IMG/VR virus record: IMGVR_UViG_3300031952_000007
Span: 14,504-78,503 of that record
Direction: 5' to 3' (one strand)
DNA length: 64,000 nucleotides
Source of the DNA: a virus
Lineage: Duplodnaviria; Heunggongvirae; Uroviricota; Caudoviricetes; Crassvirales
Under the pieces are notes generated by a model, which saw only the letters and a list, made by a program, of their open reading frames with translations, had not been told where the DNA came from and ran no database searches. A program made the position numbers and the translations under genes. Positions 36,340 to 45,813 of the stretch are shown piece by piece. How positions within the stretch are numbered: position 1 is the first letter of the stretch; each line of letters begins with the position of its first letter.

Positions 36340-37067
36340 TACCCGTAGATAGTTTGTTATATAAGATCGATCAGAAATTAAATAAACTATCAACTAACGA
36401 ACATCAACAAATTCAATTAGAAGACAAAATCTTAGCCCTTAATGAAGCTCAGATAAAGTTGATAAAGCAAAAAATTGATGGTTCAAATACAGTTTCTGGA
36501 TTAGGTCTTGATGCTTTTAAAAAGAGATATGAAGATTTACAAAGTCTTGTTGTAAACTATGCTCATCAACCTTTGGATTTAACTTTAAAGAATACACAGT
36601 TAAATCAATGGTTTGCATATTTAGATGAGTTAGATCCCAAATACATGTTCTATATAGATAGTTATGTATTGGCTGATAAAGGTAGATGTAAAGATAGAAA
36701 GTTATGGATTAATCAAGAGCTGGCAAAACATGGGGATCTTCAATTTCTATTTAACAACACCCATTATGCTCCTTCTTTTGAATACCAAGAAACATTCAAC
36801 TTTATTTCATCTGATGAAATAAGTATATTTACAGATGGAACATTTACACCAACTAAACTCTATCTATCATACATGAGATATCCTGTATATATAGATAAGG
36901 TTGGATATATAAAGTTTGATGGTACAGAATCAATAGATCAAGATTGCGAACTAGCAACTTATCTAGAAGATGAAATTTTAGATCTTGCTGTACAAAATCT
37001 TGCAATGTATACAGAAAATGCTACTGCTGTTCAAAATGCAGCATATAGAATAAAAACAAACGAATAA
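36336..37067 (+). CDS. structural-module hypothetical protein (243 aa)
   Basis: ATGA overlap with the upstream gene. Confidence 0.55.
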   Translation: MIPVDSLLYKIDQKLNKLSTNEHQQIQLEDKILALNEAQIKLIKQKIDGSNTVSGLGLDAFKKRYEDLQSLVVNYAHQPLDLTLKNTQLNQWFAYLDELDPKYMFYIDSYVLADKGRCKDRKLWINQELAKHGDLQFLFNNTHYAPSFEYQETFNFISSDEISIFTDGTFTPTKLYLSYMRYPVYIDKVGYIKFDGTESIDQDCELATYLEDEILDLAVQNLAMYTENATAVQNAAYRIKTNE

Positions 37068-37094
37068 ATTACGTAACAATTAAATTTAAATAAA

Positions 37095-38270
37095 ATGGCT
37101 GATTTTTCATTAACTACCCTATTTGTAGTACCATCCACGCAAAGTGCTTTGCCTGCTGGTAGCTCTACAGATTCGTTGACTGCTGGTCAATTTGGTATTT
37201 TCACAAGTGCCTATGTTGCAAGTGCAACTGCTGCAACCCTCTCTGCTTCACCTTATATTTACTTTGCTCAAGGAAGAACAAACACCTACTTACAAGGTAG
37301 TAAACGTTCTGACAAAGTCTCTGGTAAAAATAATGCTGGTGCAGGAAGTAATGTAACTGAATGGTATAAAGTTGTAGGCTCTGCTACTGCTGCTACTCAA
37401 GTAACCGATGTTTCTGCTTTTCATGTAAAAGCTGGTGATGTTATTACATTAACCTTACGTGCTCACTCTTCTTACATTGACACTTTGTATTTCAATGGTT
37501 TTACACGTAGTGTAACTGTTGTTGCTCCTTGTCTTGCTTGTGGTGGTGATCCATGTGCTGAAGTTGATGTTCCTGCATTAATTGATAGCTTAATTGCTAA
37601 ATTGCAAACTCAATCTCCAGGCATTAACCCTGACAATATTAGCTTGAACAATTTTTATCAATTCCAAAGAGTTGGTACTGATGAGAATGCAATCTTGCGT
37701 ATTTCTGGTAAGGCTTTAACTAGATATGGTCAACCATGTGATGTTGCTGCTTTCCCTTATGAATATGACAGAATGTACTTCCGTACTTTTGTTTATTCTG
37801 GTCCTGCAACCACTGCTGACTTTATTGTTGCTGATTCTTGTAACATTGTTGCTACTGCTACCATCACTCAACGTGCTTCTTATGTTGCAGGTTCTTCTGA
37901 TGAGATTAAGCAATTAGAAAAGAATTTCTATAGCTACCAAGCTGGTTATTTGAAGCATCTTTACAGAATGGTTGGTTATAACGGAAACTTTGAAAGTTGG
38001 GTTAATGATGGTTCTACTTACAGCACCTACTATGTTAAATTTAATGATTATGATAAATCTGCTTATCAGTGGGGTGATTATATTTATGAAGATAGCACAG
38101 TGATTATTGCTGCTGTTACTGATAGTGCAATTGATACAGCTATTTCAGCTGCATTAGTTTCAACAGGTCCATTAGGAAATCCTATTGATAATAGTGCTCC
38201 AGCTAACACTACAACTTCTACAACAACCGTAGTTTACACAACTACTACCACTTCTACTTTAATTCCTTAA
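37095..38270 (+). CDS. abundant structural protein (391 aa) with Ser/Thr-rich C-terminus
   Basis: Same highly biased codon usage as the capsid gene; C-terminal TTTSTTTVVYTTTTTSTLIP; terminator downstream. Confidence 0.55.
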   Translation: MADFSLTTLFVVPSTQSALPAGSSTDSLTAGQFGIFTSAYVASATAATLSASPYIYFAQGRTNTYLQGSKRSDKVSGKNNAGAGSNVTEWYKVVGSATAATQVTDVSAFHVKAGDVITLTLRAHSSYIDTLYFNGFTRSVTVVAPCLACGGDPCAEVDVPALIDSLIAKLQTQSPGINPDNISLNNFYQFQRVGTDENAILRISGKALTRYGQPCDVAAFPYEYDRMYFRTFVYSGPATTADFIVADSCNIVATATITQRASYVAGSSDEIKQLEKNFYSYQAGYLKHLYRMVGYNGNFESWVNDGSTYSTYYVKFNDYDKSAYQWGDYIYEDSTVIIAAVTDSAIDTAISAALVSTGPLGNPIDNSAPANTTTSTTTVVYTTTTTSTLIP

Positions 38271-38302
38271 TTGAATAGAGGTAAATAATATCATATAACC
38301 TA

Positions 38303-38348
38303 TGCCAGAGGGTGAGAGGATTCTCAAGTCCTCTGGCATTTTTATTTT
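38303..38348 (+). terminator. rho-independent terminator
   Basis: Stem tgccagagg / cctctggca followed by TTTTTATTTT; overlaps the ORF-track start at 38302. Confidence 0.55.
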
Positions 38349-38355
38349 AATAAAC

Positions 38356-38919
38356 ATGGCAGATCTTAAATTAGACATATTAGTAATTCCTACTTATAAT
38401 TCTTTAACATTAGGTATTGCTGATGCATCAACATATCCTGATAGTCCTGCTGTAGAATCACCAACAATTGAAATTGATGTTCCAGGATTTGGTGTGGTTT
38501 TTCTTCCATTCAATATAAATGATTTTAATATTTTTAATTCTACATCATTAGGGATTACAAGTGTTGGAGATAATTTATTACCTTTACCAGATGGTGTATA
38601 TTCTTTGAAGTACACTGTAGCACCTGCTTATTTAAACTTTGTAGATAAATCAATTATTCGAGTTGAGCAACTTCAAGAAAAGTTTGATAATGCTTTTATG
38701 CAATTAGATATGATGCAATGTGATCTTGCAATTAAAAGGCAAAGCAAGGTTGAATTAAATAGCATATATTATTTTATACAAGGAGCAATTGCTGCAGCAA
38801 ATAATTGTGCTGTAGACACCGCTAATAAATTGTATAATCAAGCAAACAAAATGTTAACTAATTTTATAAACCAAGGATGTGGTTGTTCTGGTAATAATTA
38901 CATCAATAATAATTATTAA
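38356..38919 (+). CDS. hypothetical structural protein (start re-assigned to ATG at 38356)
   Basis: The ORF-track start at 38302 lies inside the terminator hairpin; MADLKLDILVIPTYNS... begins just after the T-run. Confidence 0.5.
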   Translation: MADLKLDILVIPTYNSLTLGIADASTYPDSPAVESPTIEIDVPGFGVVFLPFNINDFNIFNSTSLGITSVGDNLLPLPDGVYSLKYTVAPAYLNFVDKSIIRVEQLQEKFDNAFMQLDMMQCDLAIKRQSKVELNSIYYFIQGAIAAANNCAVDTANKLYNQANKMLTNFINQGCGCSGNNYINNNY

Positions 38920-38976
38920 TTATGGCTAGTTGTTCAAGTTGTAATGTTAATGTTGGCTGTGGATGCCAATTAACTA

Positions 38977-39300
38977 ATGGACTTTGTGCATATTGTTACG
39001 GTCTTACTAAACAAGCAAAACAAAAACTTTATCATGTTATCACCCAGACTTACAAATTGTGTAGATTGTTCTAGTATTCCTGCATTATTAAATGATATTG
39101 ACTGTAGGCTTACAACATTAGCAAACAATCAATTTAATAATATTGTATTCTCATTAAACAAAAATACATCTAATGATGTAATAGGTGATCTTTTAAACTA
39201 TAAAAGAATACTCACTTATAAATACTGCAATGCAGATTATACTTCTAGATATAGTGTACAAATGATTGCTAGTAGAATCAAAATTTTAATTCATAAATAA
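38977..39300 (+). CDS. hypothetical protein (107 aa)
   Basis: Co-oriented ORF. Confidence 0.4.
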   Translation: MDFVHIVTVLLNKQNKNFIMLSPRLTNCVDCSSIPALLNDIDCRLTTLANNQFNNIVFSLNKNTSNDVIGDLLNYKRILTYKYCNADYTSRYSVQMIASRIKILIHK

Positions 39301-39308
39301 TAAATATA

Positions 39309-40409
39309 ATGTCACAATCTTGTTCTAATTGTTTCAATGGATGTGCTGAAATTGTTTCAGATAAATGTGTAAGATATACAGGAATTGATATTCCTTTATT
39401 AGGTATTCAAAGTGGAGATTCTCTTTCATATGTTGAACAGACATTGATAGGATTTTTATCATCTACACTTGATGGAACTGGAATTAAAATCACTCTTCCT
39501 GCAGGAACTTATTGTACTTTAGTTAATACATATCTTCCTACGTGTGGAGATATTACAGTGGTTGATATTCTTACAGCAGTTGTTAAATCTGCATGTGATT
39601 TACAAACACAAGTTGATGCAATTAATGCAACTCTAACAACTCTTAATGCAGATTACACTATTGGATGTTTAACTGGTGTTACAGCTTCCACTGATACACA
39701 TGCAATGTTGCAAGCAGTTATAACAAAACTTTGTGCTGTAGATAGTACATTAACGTTATTAGCAAACAGTCTTCCTATTACATATGTAAAACGTGCTGAT
39801 CTTAATTCTCTCATTGCTGCTTATTTAGCATCACAAGCTCCAGTAATTACACAGCAGTATCAAAAAATGGTTCCTTATACAGTGGTTGAATATTATGGAT
39901 CTTTAACTAATTTTAGTGCTACAACAGGTATAGGTAAACCAGAGTTAGGTTGGGATAAAGTTTATTTATGCAATGGTGCTAATGGCACCCCAGATAAAAG
40001 AGGAAGAGTTGCGGTAGGAGCTATATTAGATGTTCCTGGTGGTCCAGCATTAAATTCTGCAGTGAACCCTTCTTCAAACCCACTTAATAAAAACTATGCT
40101 TTAAATCAAATTTATGGAACTAACTCAGTTGCACTAACCACATTAGAAATACCTTCTCATAATCATAGTGCTCTTTCAGTAGTAAATGAACATGGTGGTC
40201 ATTTCCATAACTTACTTGCAATTACTAGTATTGGAGGATCGGTAAATGGATATGAACATATTAATACTGGAACAGTAACTACTTTACCAACTAGTACAAA
40301 TCTTACAGGTATAACTGTAGATACAACTATTGGACAAACTGGTCAAGGAGTAGAACATACAAATACTCAACCTGTTCTTGCTTGTTATTATATTATGTAC
40401 ATCCCTTAA
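39309..40409 (+). CDS. tail fibre protein with C-terminal phage tail-collar domain
   Basis: C-terminal EIPSHNHS...GGHFHNL...HTNTQPVLACYYIMYIP matches the tail-collar pattern (HxH...NxQP..yyI.y). Confidence 0.6.
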   Translation: MSQSCSNCFNGCAEIVSDKCVRYTGIDIPLLGIQSGDSLSYVEQTLIGFLSSTLDGTGIKITLPAGTYCTLVNTYLPTCGDITVVDILTAVVKSACDLQTQVDAINATLTTLNADYTIGCLTGVTASTDTHAMLQAVITKLCAVDSTLTLLANSLPITYVKRADLNSLIAAYLASQAPVITQQYQKMVPYTVVEYYGSLTNFSATTGIGKPELGWDKVYLCNGANGTPDKRGRVAVGAILDVPGGPALNSAVNPSSNPLNKNYALNQIYGTNSVALTTLEIPSHNHSALSVVNEHGGHFHNLLAITSIGGSVNGYEHINTGTVTTLPTSTNLTGITVDTTIGQTGQGVEHTNTQPVLACYYIMYIP

Positions 40410-40420
40410 TTAATATTTAT

Positions 40421-40705
40421 ATGTCTTGTCTTCCAGGAATGCCTTGTTATACAACAATCACCTATCCATCAACTTGCGGTGTAAATCGTGCGTTTTATGG
40501 ATATCCTATTACATCTGATTTATTATGTTATAGTGGGCCTACATTACCAAATACAGGTATTGCTTCATCAAATAGTATAACTCTATCATTACAAAAAATA
40601 GATGCTAAATTAAGCCCTACAGCATTGCTAGAGGCTATTGTATTAGCATTAGATAATAACCCCACACTCAAAGCAGCTTTATGCAGTGCTTTAAGTGATT
40701 GTTAA
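40421..40705 (+). CDS. hypothetical protein (start re-assigned to ATG at 40421)
   Basis: The listed ORF start overlaps the fibre gene; the internal Met (MSCLPGMPCY...) follows its stop. Confidence 0.4.
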   Translation: MSCLPGMPCYTTITYPSTCGVNRAFYGYPITSDLLCYSGPTLPNTGIASSNSITLSLQKIDAKLSPTALLEAIVLALDNNPTLKAALCSALSDC

Positions 40706-41595
40706 TAATAAAACCAAAACCAATGACCGTATTAATTACATTAACAAGTGCAGGAGCTGATACAGGAAACTTTGATTTATATTCCGATGTAGATGGATAT
40801 ACTACACCATTTGAAACTGGAATTCCTAAATACAATTTAGTAAGTGGATATATAAGTACTATAGTTCCATTAGGAACTACAATTGTAAGAGTTAAATCAA
40901 ATACCACTTACGACTCTACATGTACAAATTATACAAATATTCAAGTTGTATTAACTACTAGTTCATCAACAACTCTTCCTCCTGATCCAGCAACGTCTAC
41001 ATTATCATTTACTTATAGTGCAGGGGTATTTACATTTAGTTTATCTAATGCTATTCCATCGACAGATATTAGAATACTTAGTGCTACAGTAAATGGTAGC
41101 ACTAGTAGTGGTGCATGCGCATCTAATACTTTTATACAAAGTGATACATTAACAGACTTAGTGATTATTGGAGGAACTACCACTAATTCTGCAAGAGGAA
41201 TTTCTCCAATGACTTGTAATGTAACTGATTGGAAAAGAGAAGATGGTATTTTACTTCTTGGACGTGGTACACTTTATAATGGTAATGTTATTACAATAGG
41301 AAGCACCACAGTTACTATATCTATACCTTCAACTTGTGTAAGCTCTTATGTTTGTACTCCTGGTGATGCAATTGTAATATCTGGTGGTGCATTATTGGTA
41401 GATGCTTGCGGTATAGGTGTAGTTATGTTTACTCAATTAGGAGCAGATATTATAACAGGAACTATAATATATACAAATAATACATTAACTACTCCAATCA
41501 CTGGATGGAATTATGTATCAGATAATGCTGGACAAATCTACAATATAGATAGTGTTACAGGAGTTATAGGAATCTACACAGGATCAAATTGTTAA
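40699..41595 (+). CDS. fibre-like protein, paralog A of a three-member family (likely start at Met 40723)
   Basis: N-terminal domain MTVLITLTSAGADTGNFDLYSDVDGYTTPFETGIPKYNLVSGYISTIVPLGTTIVRVKSNTTYDSTC is shared with 50556..51344 and 54043..54912; Ser/Thr-rich linker. Confidence 0.55.
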   Translation: MLIIKPKPMTVLITLTSAGADTGNFDLYSDVDGYTTPFETGIPKYNLVSGYISTIVPLGTTIVRVKSNTTYDSTCTNYTNIQVVLTTSSSTTLPPDPATSTLSFTYSAGVFTFSLSNAIPSTDIRILSATVNGSTSSGACASNTFIQSDTLTDLVIIGGTTTNSARGISPMTCNVTDWKREDGILLLGRGTLYNGNVITIGSTTVTISIPSTCVSSYVCTPGDAIVISGGALLVDACGIGVVMFTQLGADIITGTIIYTNNTLTTPITGWNYVSDNAGQIYNIDSVTGVIGIYTGSNC

Positions 41596-41636
41596 CTTTA
41601 TAAAAAATCCTGTTTTGTTGGTTTTACAGGGTGTGT

Positions 41637-41668
41637 CCCCAAGTATTTCTATACTTGGGGTTTTTTAT
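41637..41668 (+). terminator. rho-independent terminator
   Basis: Stem ccccaagtat / atacttgggg with loop ttct, followed by TTTTTT. Confidence 0.65.
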
Positions 41669-41771
41669 AACCAATCTAGTTAAACTATATAATTAAAAAA
41701 GTTAAATTAATTTGGTAAATATAAAACTAAAGTATTATCTTTACAGCAATTTTAACTAAATCAAGCCAACT

Positions 41772-43007
41772 ATGTCAGAAAATCAATCGTTGTTACAACA
41801 ACTTGAAGTACTATTGGGATGGAAAAAAAGTAAAAGTTTCTACGCTAAGAAACTAGGAATTACAGAATTTGAAGTAGATGATCTTTTAAAAGAATTAAAA
41901 GAATCAAAAGATATTAGAAATGAAGCAGAAGTTGCTACATACATTGGAGAACTAGAACAATGTCTTATTGAAATTAACAATGACAAGGGTACGTTAAAAT
42001 CTACATTAGAATCTACCTTTGAACCTAAGAGTGATATAGAATTAGCTAAGCTACATAAGATTGATTTAAACAAATACAAAATCTCTACTTATTGGAGCAA
42101 GTTAAAATCTAATGGTAAGTTTACATCTTCTGTATTCTGTATGTTAAAGAAACCTACAGATTATACAATGGAAGATTTCTCAAAGTTCTTAAACAGCTAT
42201 GTTCCAAAGACTTTACCCATTGCAAACATTCTAACACATGATGAGAATGAAGAGCTTGTAGATGTTGAAATATCAATCTCTGATTTTCATTTAGCTAAAA
42301 AAACTTTAGAGAAAGAATCAATCTTAGATAAAAAGATACAGTACATTCAAACGATTGATCAATTACTAAGTAGAGTTACAAGAACATTTGATATAAATAA
42401 AATTGTATTTCCAATATCAAATGATTTCTTTCATACAGATAATTACCAAAATCAAACAACAGCAGGTACACCACAAGATGTGTTAATATCTTATGATAAT
42501 GAATATGAAGAAGGGTTTGATCTTTTAGTTGAAGCTATTCGTATTTTGAAATCAGTGTGTAATGTTGTAGAAGTTGTATTAGTTCAAGGTAACCATGATA
42601 GAACTAAATCATTTTATTTAGCACATGCATTAGAAGTGTTCTTCAAGAATGATAAATCAATCATATTTCAAAGAGAACATTCTTCTACAAAAACTGTAGT
42701 GTTGGGAAATACATTTATTGGTTACCATCATGGGAACTGTAAAATAGAAACCCTACCATTATTATTTGCTACAGGAAAAAACAGCATTGATTTTGGTAAT
42801 GCTAAATACAGAGAAATCCATACAGGCGATAAACATCACTACATGGCTAAAGAAATTAAAGGTGTTAGAATTCAACAGATGCCTTCTCTTTCTGGTACAG
42901 ATAGATGGCATGAAGATAATCTTTATGTAAACAATATAAGAGCAGGACTTGCATTAGTTTATCATTATATAGATGGTAAGATTGCAGAGTACGAAAGTCG
43001 CATATGA
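41772..43007 (+). CDS. calcineurin-like metallophosphoesterase
   Basis: SDFH (DxH), LVQGNHDRT (GNHD), GYHHGN (GH) and HTGDKHH motifs in metallophosphatase order. Confidence 0.5.
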   Translation: MSENQSLLQQLEVLLGWKKSKSFYAKKLGITEFEVDDLLKELKESKDIRNEAEVATYIGELEQCLIEINNDKGTLKSTLESTFEPKSDIELAKLHKIDLNKYKISTYWSKLKSNGKFTSSVFCMLKKPTDYTMEDFSKFLNSYVPKTLPIANILTHDENEELVDVEISISDFHLAKKTLEKESILDKKIQYIQTIDQLLSRVTRTFDINKIVFPISNDFFHTDNYQNQTTAGTPQDVLISYDNEYEEGFDLLVEAIRILKSVCNVVEVVLVQGNHDRTKSFYLAHALEVFFKNDKSIIFQREHSSTKTVVLGNTFIGYHHGNCKIETLPLLFATGKNSIDFGNAKYREIHTGDKHHYMAKEIKGVRIQQMPSLSGTDRWHEDNLYVNNIRAGLALVYHYIDGKIAEYESRI

Positions 43008-43636
43008 AAAAATATTACTTATATAGACACATCAGACTTGATAAAAATGAACCTTTTTACATTGGTATAGGTAAAGTTTTAACTGAAGTAAAAGATTATT
43101 CAATAGATTCAGAACATTATAGAAGAGCATATTCTAAAAGAAATAGAAATAAATATTGGAACCATGTAGTAAATTTAACTAAATATTCTATAGAAATTTT
43201 ATTTGAATCGAATAATAAAAATTTAATAATACAAAAAGAAATTGAGTTTATAAAATTATATGGTAGAAAAGATTTAAAGTTAGGAACTTTAGTTAATATG
43301 ACAGACGGTGGAGAAGGAATAGAAGGAAATGTAAGATCAGAAGCTACGAAATTAAAACAATCTATTTCTGCAAAAATTGGTATGGTTGGTAAAAGAAAAG
43401 AAGAATGTATCAAAAGGTTAAGTGATTATCATTCTACAAAAGGAAGATTTGGTAAAGATCATCCTAGAACTTTTATGATTTATCAATATGATTTACAAAA
43501 TAATTTTATAAAAGAATGGGAAAGTTTATCTGATGTAAAAAGAATTTTAAATTATAATATACCTCATATATCTAATTGTATAAACAATAAAAGAAAAACA
43601 GCCTTTGGATTTAAGTGGTATAAAGAAAGAATATAA
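43004..43636 (+). CDS. free-standing GIY-YIG homing endonuclease
   Basis: YYLYRHIRLDKNEPFYIGIG (GIY...YIG), then R..Y and NMTDGGEG motifs, and a C-terminal AFGFKWY DNA-binding-like tail; ATGA overlap with the upstream gene. Confidence 0.75.
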   Translation: MKKYYLYRHIRLDKNEPFYIGIGKVLTEVKDYSIDSEHYRRAYSKRNRNKYWNHVVNLTKYSIEILFESNNKNLIIQKEIEFIKLYGRKDLKLGTLVNMTDGGEGIEGNVRSEATKLKQSISAKIGMVGKRKEECIKRLSDYHSTKGRFGKDHPRTFMIYQYDLQNNFIKEWESLSDVKRILNYNIPHISNCINNKRKTAFGFKWYKERI

Positions 43637-43641
43637 ATAAC

Positions 43642-44358
43642 ATGGCAACATTAAGAAAATTAGTTTCAGACGTTAGATCAATGCACAAGCTATTGTCTAC
43701 AGATAACCTTATCACTGATAGGGTTGTTGCTGCTGAAATTAGAAACAATACATTATTACTAGTTAAGAGAGAAACTAATCTTAGAAAGCTCTGGGCTACT
43801 GATACAGTGTTTACTACTATTCCATGTTTAGAAATGGAAGAGGTAAGTATTTCTGAATGTTGTGATTATGTAGATCCTTGTACTATTGGTAGAACTAAAT
43901 ATAAACTTCCACGCATATGCGAGGGTAACTACCAATATCTTATACAAGGTGTGTATTCAATTAATGCATTGAGTGGAACAGGTAAGAAGTTTAAAGAAAT
44001 TACCATCAATAGATATGTAAATCTTTTAAAACTTCCTGTTATAAAAAATGAGGAATATTATTGGATTCAAAATGGATATTTATATATTAACAATCCATTA
44101 ATACAAGCAATTAGAATATCTGCATTTTTTGAAGAAGATATTCCTAATGAGATTATGTTTCCATCTTGTGGTTGTGGAGGAGTAGAATATACAGATGATG
44201 AGTATTGTAAAAATCCATTAGATAAAAACTATGGTCTTCCTGGATATTTACAAAGTCAAGTTTTAACACTAACTTCTCAAAAATTAATATCTACTTATTT
44301 TAAAATTGATGATGATAAAACTTCCGACAATAAAGATGATCAAGTAAGTAAAGTATAA
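43642..44358 (+). CDS. structural-module hypothetical protein (238 aa)
   Basis: Co-oriented ORF. Confidence 0.5.
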   Translation: MATLRKLVSDVRSMHKLLSTDNLITDRVVAAEIRNNTLLLVKRETNLRKLWATDTVFTTIPCLEMEEVSISECCDYVDPCTIGRTKYKLPRICEGNYQYLIQGVYSINALSGTGKKFKEITINRYVNLLKLPVIKNEEYYWIQNGYLYINNPLIQAIRISAFFEEDIPNEIMFPSCGCGGVEYTDDEYCKNPLDKNYGLPGYLQSQVLTLTSQKLISTYFKIDDDKTSDNKDDQVSKV

Positions 44359-44359
44359 C

Positions 44360-44839
44360 ATGAGTAGGACTAAAATAGACTGGAGAAGTTCCAGCAAAGA
44401 AAACTATATAAACTTTTGCAAAAAGAATCCATCAGTTAAATTAACATTTGATGAGTGGAAAAATATTGTTTATTCTTTTAATGAGTCCTATAAAAATTAT
44501 ATATTAGAAACTGGAGAGAAAGCAAAACTTCCTTTTGGATTTGGAGAATTTTCAATTAATAAAAAGAAGAGAAGAAAGATAAAAGGAATAAATGGTCAAG
44601 AGTTCATAAATCTTCCAATAGATTGGCCAAAGACAAAATTAAAAGGAAAAGTTATTTACAACTTTAACTATCATACAGAAGGATACTTTTTTGGATGGGT
44701 TTGGTTTAAAGATACAGCAAGACTAAAACATTCAGACTTTTGGTACTTCAAACCTACTAGAATAACTTCAAGACTACTAGCACACTACCTCAAAACCAAT
44801 GACAAATATCAACATATTTATCATGAATGGATTAAATAA
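44360..44839 (+). CDS. hypothetical protein (159 aa)
   Basis: Co-oriented ORF. Confidence 0.5.
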   Translation: MSRTKIDWRSSSKENYINFCKKNPSVKLTFDEWKNIVYSFNESYKNYILETGEKAKLPFGFGEFSINKKKRRKIKGINGQEFINLPIDWPKTKLKGKVIYNFNYHTEGYFFGWVWFKDTARLKHSDFWYFKPTRITSRLLAHYLKTNDKYQHIYHEWIK

Positions 44840-44844
44840 TTAAA

Positions 44845-45813
44845 ATGTCATACTACTACAAGTACAATTTTACATCCCCAGAAATAGTTTATTCTACCAT
44901 AAAGGAAGAACTCAAAAGCTATTTTGATACAGGTGCTGTGGATGACTTAATGTTTCCTACTTATACAGATAAGTGTTTAAGGAAGTTAGGTAGAAGTTCT
45001 TATGTTATTACAGAAGCAATTTTACATATTGAAGATTTTCAAGCAAGACTTCCAGACAATTTTTTTGCTGTAAGAGAAGCTTGGCTTTGTGCTGAGATGC
45101 CTCAACATCCTTATCAAACAGCTAATTCATTTTATTCTCAAGCAGCTTCTGAAACAACTATACAAGTTAGTCCTGTAATTTCTGGTGGAGTTCCTTGTAC
45201 AAATGCTGAATGTACAACAGGTTGTCCTTCATGTATGCCTGAATTAATTCAGTCTGTATATAAAACAAATAACTCTGTAGCAAGATCTTATGAAAATTCA
45301 TATCTTCTTAAGCCAGGAAATATATCTGTAAGATCACATTGTGATGTTAACTATAACGATAACTCAGAATTTTATGGATATGATGGAGTAGCTAATGGAT
45401 TATCAAATCCTCGTTCTTCTTCTTACGATAGTTTTGATATTAGAGATAATAAATTTGTTACAAACTTTAGAAGAGGTGTGGTAAGATTAATATTCTATGT
45501 TATAGAATATGATGGAGGTGGTAATCAAATGATTCCTGATAATTATCGTATAAGAGAATTTATTGAAGCATTCATTAAGTTTAAAGTATTTGAAACTTTG
45601 GCTAATCAAGTGAATGATGAAACATTCCAACAATTACAACAGAAGTTAGTTTATTATAAACAGCTATCTGAAGAAGCCTTTATTATGGCTGATATTGAAG
45701 TGAAGAAACAAGATGTCTATACCAAGCAAAGAAGAATTACACAAGACTTGAATAGATTAAACATGTACGAATTACCAAATAGAACTAATAGATATGGCAG
45801 GAGAGGATACTAA
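44845..45813 (+). CDS. structural-module hypothetical protein (322 aa)
   Basis: Co-oriented ORF overlapping the next gene by 20 nt. Confidence 0.5.
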   Translation: MSYYYKYNFTSPEIVYSTIKEELKSYFDTGAVDDLMFPTYTDKCLRKLGRSSYVITEAILHIEDFQARLPDNFFAVREAWLCAEMPQHPYQTANSFYSQAASETTIQVSPVISGGVPCTNAECTTGCPSCMPELIQSVYKTNNSVARSYENSYLLKPGNISVRSHCDVNYNDNSEFYGYDGVANGLSNPRSSSYDSFDIRDNKFVTNFRRGVVRLIFYVIEYDGGGNQMIPDNYRIREFIEAFIKFKVFETLANQVNDETFQQLQQKLVYYKQLSEEAFIMADIEVKKQDVYTKQRRITQDLNRLNMYELPNRTNRYGRRGY

